Below are positions 45,901-54,725 of a stretch of 64,000 nucleotides of DNA, in pieces. Position 1 is the stretch's first letter; each line of letters begins with the position of its first letter. The notes below the pieces were generated by a model. The model was given only the letters and a program-made list of their open reading frames with translations, had not been told where the DNA came from and did no database searches. The DNA comes from an uncultured virus (IMG/VR IMGVR_UViG_3300030098_002348) (Duplodnaviria; Heunggongvirae; Uroviricota; Caudoviricetes): the IMG/VR virus record IMGVR_UViG_3300030098_002348. One strand, written 5' to 3'. Both the position numbers and the translations under genes were made by a program.

Positions 45901-46858
45901 ATACATTTCTATTTTTTGCAGATTGATTATTAGCCACAGTTCTCCATGCAGGAAATACGGCATCAATTAATCTATCTGTATCTCTTGATATATTTTTTGC
46001 AAGAACAGTATCACCAGATCGTAAACCTTTTTCTGCTCTTTCTAATTTAAAAAATTCTTCTGTTTTTTTACCTCTTGCTCTTAGTGCACCACCAATCTTA
46101 TCATAAAATTTATCTAATAGGTCATTACTGTATTGTAATTCATTGCCCCGCTTTGCAAGATTTCTTATTATAGCTCCTGTGCCACCAAGTATGCCTGTAA
46201 ATAATGCACCCTCTGTTCCAAACTTTACTCTGTTTACAATATTTCTTAATGCTTCCTCTTCGCCTTCTAAGCCTTCTGTTCTATCTAATTGTGTTGGTCC
46301 ACCGAGAGATTCTCCTAACGTTCCTGCACTTTCTACGTCACCAATAAACACACCTTCTGCAACACCGCCTGCTGTTGTGCCTGCAAAAAATTTTGCAGCT
46401 TTACCTTTTTTATTTAATTCTGCAGCAACGTCTGCACCTTTTCTTAATTTTTTACCGGCATCCCCTGTTATCGTAAAATAATTACCAGCTTTTTTTGCTC
46501 TGATTGCAGTGTTGGCTAAACTAGATCCCACTTTAAAAGCAACACCTCCAGGTATACCTACATTAACCAATAGTTCTGTAATTTTACCAGCAGTGGTTGC
46601 CTCTGCCATTTCGTCTAATTCTGTTAGATCATCAAAATATTTTTCTATTTCTGCTGCTTTATTTGTATCGTTTATAAGATCATATACACTTGCGCCCAAA
46701 GACATGACACCTTTTGGTATCTGTATAAGTCCTGAACCCATACCTGCAAAGATTGATTGTAGTGTGCCAATATCAGAATATTTATCTGCATCTGGTCTTA
46801 AATTTACTTCGCTTTCTTGGAGTGTGAGGTTATCGTCTACGCCTAATATTCTAGCCAT
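42920..46858 (-). CDS. Large internal virion/ejection protein
   Basis: 1312 aa, helical with Gly/Ala-rich hydrophobic patches; last of a set of ejection-type genes after the tail nozzle. Confidence 0.65.
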   Translation of the reverse strand: MARILGVDDNLTLQESEVNLRPDADKYSDIGTLQSIFAGMGSGLIQIPKGVMSLGASVYDLINDTNKAAEIEKYFDDLTELDEMAEATTAGKITELLVNVGIPGGVAFKVGSSLANTAIRAKKAGNYFTITGDAGKKLRKGADVAAELNKKGKAAKFFAGTTAGGVAEGVFIGDVESAGTLGESLGGPTQLDRTEGLEGEEEALRNIVNRVKFGTEGALFTGILGGTGAIIRNLAKRGNELQYSNDLLDKFYDKIGGALRARGKKTEEFFKLERAEKGLRSGDTVLAKNISRDTDRLIDAVFPAWRTVANNQSAKNRNVFLEEVNDLLFTGKPTIDKKGRVTFEFLDPSKKKFKVSDTIRKHLDGKKATEVETELFANINAIRTRWQDLFSNLGKRLDDKELAEFKKLFGTKFKTYLGSTYEVFQNKSILPFLSYTPSREAIEAAENLFMTTARQQGKPISKEQAQGYVKQIIDTAKVPGGFKMNKPNDPYFKIPTFFVGKTAMKDVADFNGTVNIDNITKQADREVFENLLGKNKNPMQTILAGTSKLSVISRRNVFFDNIINESNALRKNGKKGVVYDTYDEAVDALGTDVKEIRIDLGKKLEAGVVNPLNGKYALKGVADALEQTSTVTKDPSFGIQVYNNLILYPKATSQIAKTILSPVTHLRNFVSAGAFAAANGILPLNPLKAKAIKNAYQALQTGLVGTRKQNELYEELLELGVVNSNVRLGDLSRLLEDVNFGATMTTDKGLRALLKPLSKIKSVSQDLYTAEDDFWKIYSFAVEKDRLAAAFARNLKVGEIFTDRNGVQRVFRPNNKNFERYLKEEAADIVKNNIPNYDYVSEFIQGLRKYPIGNFVSFPAEILRTGTNIVRRALSEINGTITKADGTVIKPFQRIGYQRLFGFGATVAAVPAGAVELGKTLYDVTDDELQAIRRYVADWSKNSTIIPIKDKETGKFKYIDFSHANAYDTLIRPIQSVINAVAAGEKDDDGIVDDFILGSFIGMREIGEPFISESIWTEAVLDIIARGGRTRSGSEVFNDEDLPGTKASKIMRHLVEAQMPFSLNQLARIDKSIKEVDVITKGRFNEYGQDYEFGPEFGGLFGFRAVELDPGKSIQFKIADYQEGVRDSRKLFTSTVLKGGPIEPYEVVDAYINANRALFGVKKEMKFDLDAAKLLGLEGQEFYNNTKRLTKSDLANLEAERFVPLSISDGVIAKFDENTRKLREKDPSYTNPFRAAANIIFNMRNNMFRIRLTEGNFPFFENPLLPKAGGSDAAQLPVGVNTAPINPNILSSQVQGTDSTNADRFAILFPNG

Positions 46859-46868
46859 GGCTACCTCC

Positions 46869-47999
46869 TTATCTTATTTGTTTTAATAAAACTTCATCGC
46901 TATTTGGATCTTTATAACCAACAAATATTTTTTGATTAAATACAACATACTCGCCATCTTTTGCAGAATATGCTTCAATAGTTGCAGCATCATCTTTCTC
47001 AAATACAGCATCTACTTTTTCACCAGACGCTCTAATTGCATCTCCTAATTGTGCTGGTGCCACATATCCACCTTGTGATTTACTTGTAACTTTAAATACG
47101 TTTTCTGCTACGGAGCTAGATTTATTAGCATATGCTAATGCTTCGTCGTCTGTCATTTTTAATACATTTTTAGCAAAATTATAATCTTTAGTTCTTACGG
47201 AATCAGAGTATTGTTTTGTATCAATTTTAGCTTTAAGTTTTAATTTTTTCTCATAATCTTCTAGATCAGTTTTTCTCTCGTATTCTTTTAATGCAGCTGC
47301 TTGTTTAATTTTACTAGCCTCACCATAAGGATCTGTAGCTCCTGCAGCAAATGCAGCATCTAGGGCACCTTGTACCCCTCCTTCAGTTAAACCCTTTCTA
47401 ATGGCCTCTACGAGCGCGTAATTGCCCTTTTTAACGGCTCTATCATAGCCAAGCTTTTGTAATAACTCGCTGTCTGCCTCTGGAGCTTTTATTTTTCTAT
47501 CAGGATCAGATAGTATTTTACCTCTATTTCTATCAGGTATTATTGTTTTACTTTTAGACGGGACTGTTTCTGTTTTAGTTTCATCTACAATTTTTAAAAC
47601 ATCTGAGGTATCAAACTCTGAAGGTTTAAACTGTATATCTTTGAAGGGATCAATATCTGCAGTAGTAATAGTTTCTTGATCTACCATTTCTATGTTTTTA
47701 TTTTTAGGAACTACTGGACTTGTTGAGGCAAATAAATCTCCTCTTATAATAGGTGTTTTATATAAATCAACCATGCTAAAATCTGGTTCGCCTGCAATTG
47801 AAATATTTTTTTCTAATTGTTTTTCTAATAATTTTGGTCCTTTTAACACATCTGAACTCAAAGGTTTATCAAACGTAAAACCAAAAAATCCAGGAGGAGT
47901 TCCGTTTTGAAAACCTACTCTTGGTTCTTCAATACCATCCATGATCCCTTCTTTGATAGGGCCACCCATTCTAAACATTGGTCTATTTAAAACTTTCAT
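46869..47999 (-). CDS. Internal virion/ejection protein
   Basis: 376 aa; VLNRPMFRMGG N-terminus; synteny. Confidence 0.55.
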   Translation of the reverse strand: MKVLNRPMFRMGGPIKEGIMDGIEEPRVGFQNGTPPGFFGFTFDKPLSSDVLKGPKLLEKQLEKNISIAGEPDFSMVDLYKTPIIRGDLFASTSPVVPKNKNIEMVDQETITTADIDPFKDIQFKPSEFDTSDVLKIVDETKTETVPSKSKTIIPDRNRGKILSDPDRKIKAPEADSELLQKLGYDRAVKKGNYALVEAIRKGLTEGGVQGALDAAFAAGATDPYGEASKIKQAAALKEYERKTDLEDYEKKLKLKAKIDTKQYSDSVRTKDYNFAKNVLKMTDDEALAYANKSSSVAENVFKVTSKSQGGYVAPAQLGDAIRASGEKVDAVFEKDDAATIEAYSAKDGEYVVFNQKIFVGYKDPNSDEVLLKQIR

Positions 48000-48850
48000 T
48001 ACGTTCTCGGTCTAAATGCTCCATAAATATTAGCAAACAAGTTACCAATACCAAGGGCATTAGATAATGCTTGTGCTGCAGGATTTGGTAATTGTTGTGG
48101 TATAGAAGGTGCTCCAACTCCACCAGATAATCCAGTCAAAGCTTGACCAAATCTTTCCAATCTTCCAAATGGTTCCATTGCAGTAGCTTGTGCTAATTGT
48201 CGATCTGCTGTTAATTGTGTTTGACCAAGTCCCTGTCTTAATGCACCAAGAGATCCTAGTGCTGAAATATCTTGACCTAGACCTGCTCTTGCAAAATTAG
48301 ATAAACCTAATTGACCTGCAGCTAGTTGAGCTTGATTAGCAAAATCTTGTTGTCGTCTTGCGGCTGCATCTTGAAAACCTTGTTGTAATAAACCAGCTCT
48401 AATTCCTGCTCTACCTGCTAATGTATCGGCATCAAACTGACCTAACATGGCACCCTCTCTACCTCCACCAAAAGCACCTAAACCAACAGCTGCATCTTGA
48501 ATAGATTGTCTGCCTGCGCCTCTTTCTAAATCAAACTGTCTTAGTGTTTCATCTATAACTTGTTGTTGAAATGGTGATTGAAAAGCTGCTATTGATCCAG
48601 GCCCGGTCCCTGTTCCCGGTCCCGCTAATCCTGCTTGTGTTCCTAAAGCAGCTTGTGCTGCAGATAGAAACGGTTGAAAACTTCCTACACCTTGTTGTGC
48701 TAATCCTATTGCTTGAGTTTGTAAAGGATCTAAGCCTTCAACAAACTGTCGACCCATGAACTTAGATGGATCTAACGGTGCACTATAAGCTGTTTTAGCT
48801 TGTTGAGCAAAATCGGTTACAAAATCTTGTAAATAATCAGGTACTGCCAT
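47999..48850 (-). CDS. Internal virion/ejection protein (Gln/Gly/Ala-rich)
   Basis: 283 aa; P.QQQVID and GAFGGGR motifs. Confidence 0.6.
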   Translation of the reverse strand: MAVPDYLQDFVTDFAQQAKTAYSAPLDPSKFMGRQFVEGLDPLQTQAIGLAQQGVGSFQPFLSAAQAALGTQAGLAGPGTGTGPGSIAAFQSPFQQQVIDETLRQFDLERGAGRQSIQDAAVGLGAFGGGREGAMLGQFDADTLAGRAGIRAGLLQQGFQDAAARRQQDFANQAQLAAGQLGLSNFARAGLGQDISALGSLGALRQGLGQTQLTADRQLAQATAMEPFGRLERFGQALTGLSGGVGAPSIPQQLPNPAAQALSNALGIGNLFANIYGAFRPRT

Positions 48851-49797
48851 TATACTACTCTACTCTCTAATTGTTTCATTGTGTCATACATTTTTTGTGC
48901 GCCAGCTTTTATGCTGCCATTGCCAGCACCTCTAACAGCATCAGCCGTCATTACAAACTCATTTTTGCTTAATCGTGCAGGTACGTCGTCTGCTTTTTCT
49001 TTTGATCCAATTGGAACAAAGCCACCATTTGCCCTGAAATCCATTTCTAACCCACCTAGATCCATAAGTCCACCTTTTTCAAACTTAGGTCTCATTAAAG
49101 ATCCTGCTTTACTTCTATCGTATTGAGTAAGTTTTCCACCTTCTTTTTTAGGTGTTCTAACTTCTACACCTCCTGTGGGATAGTCAAATTTATTAAATCC
49201 TGCGGGTGTATCATAACCTTTTACTTTTGAATCAGGAACTGATCCACCATCAGCTGCAAAAAAACTTCTTTGTACAAATTCTTTTTGAGGCATGAACAAT
49301 AAATCTGGATCACCAAAATTATAAAAATCTCTTGCTCGTTGGTTTAACAGAGCTATGGTTTCAGGAGTTTGAGTAATATCTATATCCTCCTCTTCCACTT
49401 CTTCAAATTTAGGGGCAAGTAAATCTGGTTTTACGAAAGGCAGTAATCCACCTAATAGACTAGCTGTCGTACCAGCTCTAGCAATATTAAATTTGTTATC
49501 TTTAAAAAGCAAAGGATTTTGTTTGCTAAAAAATGTTCCTAAACCCGAAGCTAAATTTTCTCCACTAAAAAATCCTTTTGCTAAAGGATTAAATCTTGCA
49601 AAACCTGTACCACCTGCTCCACCTAAAGCACCTAATCCATAAGCTGCTAAGGCTGCTGTAAGAGCTGTTCTTCCAAGGGGGCTTTTGGCTACTTTCTTGA
49701 CACCTCTAACGGCTTTTTTAATAGGTCTAGTTATTTTTCTAACTAAACTACCTAATCCATATAATTGTCGGGGTTCTTGCATTCTAGATATAGCCAT
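48850..49797 (-). CDS. Internal virion/ejection protein
   Basis: 315 aa; basic N-terminus, hydrophobic stretch, ADDVPARLSKNEFVMTADAVR. Confidence 0.6.
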   Translation of the reverse strand: MAISRMQEPRQLYGLGSLVRKITRPIKKAVRGVKKVAKSPLGRTALTAALAAYGLGALGGAGGTGFARFNPLAKGFFSGENLASGLGTFFSKQNPLLFKDNKFNIARAGTTASLLGGLLPFVKPDLLAPKFEEVEEEDIDITQTPETIALLNQRARDFYNFGDPDLLFMPQKEFVQRSFFAADGGSVPDSKVKGYDTPAGFNKFDYPTGGVEVRTPKKEGGKLTQYDRSKAGSLMRPKFEKGGLMDLGGLEMDFRANGGFVPIGSKEKADDVPARLSKNEFVMTADAVRGAGNGSIKAGAQKMYDTMKQLESRVV

Positions 49798-49820
49798 ATT
49801 TTTACCTCAATTTATTGGTT

Positions 49821-49991
49821 TTACTTTGTTTTAGCGAACAAATCAAGAGGTGGCATGATCACTTTTACGTCTTGAGCCATGTCTTCTGGCTTGTAACCTT
49901 TGGCCTCCCACTCGCTTTTTTCCTTAAAAACTTCTCCTGTTTTCTTGTGTCTGTACGTTTCTTCTACTTTTGCTGGTTTTAGTATCTTCAT
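49821..49991 (-). CDS. Small protein (56 aa), not in the ORF track
   Basis: MKILKPAKVEETYRHKKTGEVF...PPLDLFAKTK; TAATG overlap. Confidence 0.6.
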   Translation of the reverse strand: MKILKPAKVEETYRHKKTGEVFKEKSEWEAKGYKPEDMAQDVKVIMPPLDLFAKTK

Positions 49992-50329
49992 TAGTCAGTT
50001 TTCTCCTTTAGTATGTTTAGATAACTAATACCTATATCCACACCGTCACTCACTGTACCTGCTGTAGTGTACTTCAATATCTTACCGCCTTCTAAAATTA
50101 AAGGTAGGGTTAATATTTCAACACTAGTATTTACGGCTAATTGTTGGGTGTGAACAATAAATACACTATCATTCAATATACTTATTGTTGGGGTATTAGA
50201 TCCAGATTTGTTAGTTACTCTTAACGATCTTACAATTATTGTTTCATTGACTCCAGGAGAAAGCATGTTTACTGTTTCAGCTGCAGTTGTAGTTTTAGCA
50301 TAAAATTTATATTGGTTTACTATTGCCAT
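49991..50329 (-). CDS. Small virion structural protein (paralogue of 2013..2408)
   Basis: 112 aa; IVRSLRVTN...PLILEGGKIL...ISYL pattern. Confidence 0.6.
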   Translation of the reverse strand: MAIVNQYKFYAKTTTAAETVNMLSPGVNETIIVRSLRVTNKSGSNTPTISILNDSVFIVHTQQLAVNTSVEILTLPLILEGGKILKYTTAGTVSDGVDIGISYLNILKEKTD

Positions 50330-50496
50330 TATGCATCTAAAAAGAAACTTTTAGCTTCTATCTCCTGTTTTACTTCGTCTTGAAACGATGAGTTTAATTT
50401 TGTTATTACACCGTCAAGATCTCTAATTAACGATTGTAAATTTTGTCTACTATATTCTTCTTCTGCTCTAGTTAATGATTGTACAATTTTAGCCAT
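50329..50496 (-). CDS. Small helical protein (55 aa), not in the ORF track
   Basis: MAKIVQSLTRAEEEYSRQNLQSLIRDLDGVITKLNSSFQDEVKQEIEAKSFFLDA; TAATG overlap. Confidence 0.65.
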   Translation of the reverse strand: MAKIVQSLTRAEEEYSRQNLQSLIRDLDGVITKLNSSFQDEVKQEIEAKSFFLDA

Positions 50497-51184
50497 ATAA
50501 GTCTACTATACCTCCTCTTTTAAATGGAGTTCCCGCTGTATCATCAGTTCCTCCTCTACTTACGGACCCTTCAACATTTGGACCACTAGTAGATCTTCCT
50601 GTTGGTCCAACATCACCTTGATAATCAGATGTGCCAATATTAGGGTCTGGTCGCCCAAATGGATTTTGTTTATCTTGTATGGCCTCTTTAACTTGATTAA
50701 AAGTTAGTCCATAGTTTTGTCGATAAAAATCATCTGCTTTTTGTTTATCTAAACTTCTTAATCCTTCTAGTGCGTACGATCTAAAAGAACTTGTTCCTGG
50801 TTTTAAAAAATTACTTTCCAGTATTGTTGGTCCAACATTGTATCCAAATCTATCTCTAAAAAATCCTGTGCTTGGGTCTCTAAATACACCTATTGCTAAT
50901 GGGTTAGGAACATTCGGCTGTGATGTTCTTGATAAAGCATTAAGTAAAAAACCTGCTCCAGGTATTCCAGATGCTATTCCTGTAAGAGTGTTAATGGCTG
51001 GTCCTACAAACTGTTTTACCGGATCCATGAATCGATTATACATGCTAAACAATCCTTGAAAGTTTGGATCATCTTCGTCTAATTCATCTACAAATCCAAA
51101 ATCTGTTTTATATGAATCAGGTAACTGAATCTCTCCAGACGCTATCATATCTCTAAACTTTTCAGCATCAATTCTAGTTGCCAC
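50489..51184 (-). CDS. Probable internal virion protein
   Basis: 231 aa ending PFKRGGIVDLYG. Confidence 0.55.
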   Translation of the reverse strand: MATRIDAEKFRDMIASGEIQLPDSYKTDFGFVDELDEDDPNFQGLFSMYNRFMDPVKQFVGPAINTLTGIASGIPGAGFLLNALSRTSQPNVPNPLAIGVFRDPSTGFFRDRFGYNVGPTILESNFLKPGTSSFRSYALEGLRSLDKQKADDFYRQNYGLTFNQVKEAIQDKQNPFGRPDPNIGTSDYQGDVGPTGRSTSGPNVEGSVSRGGTDDTAGTPFKRGGIVDLYG

Positions 51185-53355
51185 TATCTTCTACCTCCAG
51201 GGTGTATATCTAATCTAAATGTACCAAGTTTCCAATCTTGGTTAGTTGCTGTATTTGCCACCTTTAACGCTATAGATCTAGCTCTTAATCTAGTGTCAAC
51301 TTTTGTTGTGGTTGGGGTAGCTGTAAAATTAGTTGTCGTTGGTGTACTGTTTGGAAAATCTCTCGTTTGAAAACTAATCTGTGTGTTGCCTGTTTGAGAA
51401 ATAAAGTCAGGAATAAATCTACTAATTCTCATTATAAACTCACCATCTCCTCTTAGATCCATCATGCCTACAGTATCTCCTCTAATTGTTCTTCTAGTAA
51501 TATCAAAATCACCAGACGTTATAGTTCCAATAACTGCAGTAACAACTCCACCGGCATTTACTTGATCGGTCCCTGTTTCCTGCTGATAGTAGATTGTGCA
51601 TCCATCCGTGTTACCTGTAACATCATACGAGGCGTTACTATCTGGATCATAGAACGTAGCATGAGGTCTATCAAAAACAGCGGAGTCTTGCCAAGCTGCT
51701 CTAGGTAATGTGCCCGTAGTCCATATCGGTCTTCTAGGTGTAGAGTCTAAATAATTGTATGTAACAACTCTATCAATTTGATCTGAGTTCTCTGTGCAAT
51801 AAAACCAGTTTACTTCTCCAAATAAATTATTTAATCCAGCGTTAATTAAGTCTCTAGATGTAGCGTTAATATCATCATACACATGGTCTTCAACTAAACT
51901 AGGTAGTGATTTTAATTGACCATCATAAGAAAAGAATCCGTTCTCTGACATCCAATAAGCTGTGCCGTCTACCTCAATACATGCATTCTTACCAAATAAT
52001 CCACAGTTTGTTCCTACTTGTTCAAACGAGAAAGTAAAAGGTTGGCCAACAAATTTCATAAGAAATAGTGCTGTATCAGTCCAAATATAAATTGCATCCC
52101 GACCTCTAATAGCACCCATTATTTCAGAACCGTCAGCTAGTCTTTGTGTTCCAGCTGTGTTGGTTGCAGTAACAGTATACGCATTGGTGCCAGAAATATT
52201 TTCTTGATCAGAAAATCTAATAAACATATCGTCTTGTGTAGTTGTATCACCAACTGTTGTTTCTGTTCCAAAGAAAACTAAGTGACGATCTGGTGTAGAA
52301 ACTAAAACGTGTCTTGATTTTGTAGGAGCGTTTGCAATAATTGTTGCTCTATTACCTGTAGCATTTGCTGCTGCAGCATCCCATTCAAAACATGCACCAT
52401 TATATATTAATGCTATTAACTTTGTTCCAAAGTTGTCTAATACCCATAAACCTGGATCAATCGTAAAGTCAGCAGATGATGGATCACCCCAAGCAACAAA
52501 TTTAGAAATGTCTGTTACAGTTGCACCTGCACTATGTCCTGCTTTAGCTGTTCCATTAACTTCTCTCGAACCACCACTTAAAATATTAGTTGTAGTGTTA
52601 TTGCTTGTAAAACTTATATCCTCTGATCCTATTCTTATTTCACCAGACGCTGGAAAAGCTGCGCTATTGGTTAAAGGTATATCGGTTACGGTGTCGTTAA
52701 TTGTAGAGGCTAAAGTTGTTGTAGATGCACCTAAAGCAGTACCAGACCATAAACCTGTGCCCCAACCAAAACCACCTAATTGTTGTGATGGTCCCACAGT
52801 GTAATATATTTTAACATCTGCAGAACCTGCATTTGTTAAAGCTGAACCGGACTCTACACTTGCCATCGTTATAGTAAATGTTGTAGCGCTTGGAATCGAT
52901 GTCACCATAAATTTTTCGTCTTCAAAAGTAGAGTTACTAAAAGTAGACCCACTTAATCCAGTGACGTTGTCAAATAAAACAATGTCGTTTTCATTTAATC
53001 CATGAGATGAACCTACGGTTATGGTAACAGTATTTGAAGAAGATGTGCTGGTAAAGTTAGCTCCTGATATTGTTGTTCGTATAGGGTGGATATCATAAAA
53101 AATACCACCTGAATAAACGTATAGAATTCTATTAGTGCCTATGGCAGCATATTTAATACCAGCATTATCATCAAAATGGTGTAGAGCTCTGGCTGCTCCA
53201 GTTAATTTATTTTCACCTAATTGTTGCCAACCTCCTATTTTTTCAGGAGTCCCATATCTAAATCTAACATTGTCACCATCAAACCATTGGCCCTCGGCCC
53301 CGGTCTCCGTAACTTGTTTATTAAACCCTGGTGCAAAACCTAATTTCTGTAACAT
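51184..53355 (-). CDS. Tail nozzle/DNA stabilisation protein (P22 gp10 / tail tubular B-like)
   Basis: 723 aa; W.DGDNVRFR.G.PEKIGGW, IRFSDQE, NCGL and C-terminal W.LG..RLD..P.GRR. Confidence 0.7.
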   Translation of the reverse strand: MLQKLGFAPGFNKQVTETGAEGQWFDGDNVRFRYGTPEKIGGWQQLGENKLTGAARALHHFDDNAGIKYAAIGTNRILYVYSGGIFYDIHPIRTTISGANFTSTSSSNTVTITVGSSHGLNENDIVLFDNVTGLSGSTFSNSTFEDEKFMVTSIPSATTFTITMASVESGSALTNAGSADVKIYYTVGPSQQLGGFGWGTGLWSGTALGASTTTLASTINDTVTDIPLTNSAAFPASGEIRIGSEDISFTSNNTTTNILSGGSREVNGTAKAGHSAGATVTDISKFVAWGDPSSADFTIDPGLWVLDNFGTKLIALIYNGACFEWDAAAANATGNRATIIANAPTKSRHVLVSTPDRHLVFFGTETTVGDTTTQDDMFIRFSDQENISGTNAYTVTATNTAGTQRLADGSEIMGAIRGRDAIYIWTDTALFLMKFVGQPFTFSFEQVGTNCGLFGKNACIEVDGTAYWMSENGFFSYDGQLKSLPSLVEDHVYDDINATSRDLINAGLNNLFGEVNWFYCTENSDQIDRVVTYNYLDSTPRRPIWTTGTLPRAAWQDSAVFDRPHATFYDPDSNASYDVTGNTDGCTIYYQQETGTDQVNAGGVVTAVIGTITSGDFDITRRTIRGDTVGMMDLRGDGEFIMRISRFIPDFISQTGNTQISFQTRDFPNSTPTTTNFTATPTTTKVDTRLRARSIALKVANTATNQDWKLGTFRLDIHPGGRR

Positions 53356-53370
53356 ACTAATCCCATATAT

Positions 53371-53415
53371 TAATCAGGCGAGAGATGGTGTGGTGGTGTA
53401 TCTCTCGCCAGATTA
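53371..53415. other. Intergenic stem-loop with purine/pyrimidine-biased 13-nt loop
   Basis: GGCGAGAGAT-ggtgtggtggtgt-ATCTCTCGCC, extended by TAATC/GATTA. Confidence 0.65.
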
Positions 53416-53428
53416 GTATTCTACTATA

Positions 53429-54061
53429 TTATTTTGGTAATTTAAAGCCCTTAAACCATGCAGGTAGCCCTACGAAAGGCCGTTTATCAAATTCATTTTC
53501 TTTAGCCATCTTAGAGCCTTTTTTATTGTAGTGTAGAAATACCTGACCACAATGGTCACCTTTAAATTCTTCTCTCCAATGTTCTAAATCACATCCAGAG
53601 TATATAAGCATATCACCTGGTTCTAGTTTAATTTCAATACCAGCTTGTCTTTCTTTACCCGTTGGGTCTAAATATATAGGCCACTCATCACCACCTAAAT
53701 TTAAAGTTGTAGATATCTCACAACTAAATCTATCCTTATGTCTTTTTAATTCATCTCCTTTTTTATATATCCTAGAATAAGAATATGTTTCTGATAATTT
53801 TAAACCTGTATGTTTTTCCATAATAGGTTTTACTTTTTGTAGTAAAGTTTCCATAACCATGTCACCATAATGTGAGTATGTATTTGGCACTTGAGTATCA
53901 TTCCAAACTCCGAAGTACTCTGTAAATGGTGATATAAATTTTTGGTCAAACAAAAATCTTGCTACCCTTCTTTTGTTTAAGAAATAGGCATAACAAAAAT
54001 CAGCCATTTCTCTATTTATTGCTTTTTTTAAAACACTATATTTATTTTTTTTGAACGACAT
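53429..54061 (-). CDS. 2OG-Fe(II) oxygenase-like protein
   Basis: LKRHKDRFSCEIS.TL, GDMLIY.GC.LEHWRE, QVFLHY; likely start MSFKK at 54061. Confidence 0.75.
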   Translation of the reverse strand: MSFKKNKYSVLKKAINREMADFCYAYFLNKRRVARFLFDQKFISPFTEYFGVWNDTQVPNTYSHYGDMVMETLLQKVKPIMEKHTGLKLSETYSYSRIYKKGDELKRHKDRFSCEISTTLNLGGDEWPIYLDPTGKERQAGIEIKLEPGDMLIYSGCDLEHWREEFKGDHCGQVFLHYNKKGSKMAKENEFDKRPFVGLPAWFKGFKLPK

Positions 54062-54725
54062 TAAGTACTCCTTTCGGTATTGCTTGACAGTTCCAATGTA
54101 TAAATCTAAATGGTTCATACCCTAAATCAACACTATATAAATGTGGCATGTAAGATGGAAAAAACATTATACGACCAGGCTGAACTTTAAAAAAAACTTG
54201 TGAGGTTGCTTGAGTTAATTTTGTTTTATCTTTTTCTGGTAAAAGATTCATTACGTTACCCGCTCTTGGATCTTCAAAGACCGGCATAGATGTTTTTTCA
54301 CTAGCTTTTAAAAAATAAAATCCAGACATATGTCCATTCCAATGTGTATGTAAAGTGTGGTGTCCACCACCTTTTTTTGCAAATTCTTGAACCCACATTT
54401 CAGTCGTAAATACTTGATAATTAGTTAAATCAAAACCCATTTCATTTAATAAATTATGTGATGTTGCACCAATATAGTTTTGTAAATCTTTAAATTTAGG
54501 ATCGTTAATTAAAGTTGTAGAATGAAACACATGGCCCATATCTTCTTTATTACCAAGTTTTTTGTTTCTTTCATCTATTTCTTTTTTTAAATTTTTCTGA
54601 GCCTTTTTAATATAAATATCAGAAGCTTTATTTAATTTGTTTACAAATTTAGGTTGATCTGCCCACCAAATAGGACATTTAAAATATTCTTCTAAGTGTA
54701 ATTGTTTTGGAAAAGTCATGCTCAT
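54042..54725 (-). CDS. 2OG-Fe(II) oxygenase superfamily protein
   Basis: HTLHTHWN..SGFYFL, FFPSY.PH, RFIHWN. Confidence 0.8.
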   Translation of the reverse strand: MSMTFPKQLHLEEYFKCPIWWADQPKFVNKLNKASDIYIKKAQKNLKKEIDERNKKLGNKEDMGHVFHSTTLINDPKFKDLQNYIGATSHNLLNEMGFDLTNYQVFTTEMWVQEFAKKGGGHHTLHTHWNGHMSGFYFLKASEKTSMPVFEDPRAGNVMNLLPEKDKTKLTQATSQVFFKVQPGRIMFFPSYMPHLYSVDLGYEPFRFIHWNCQAIPKGVLNVVQKK

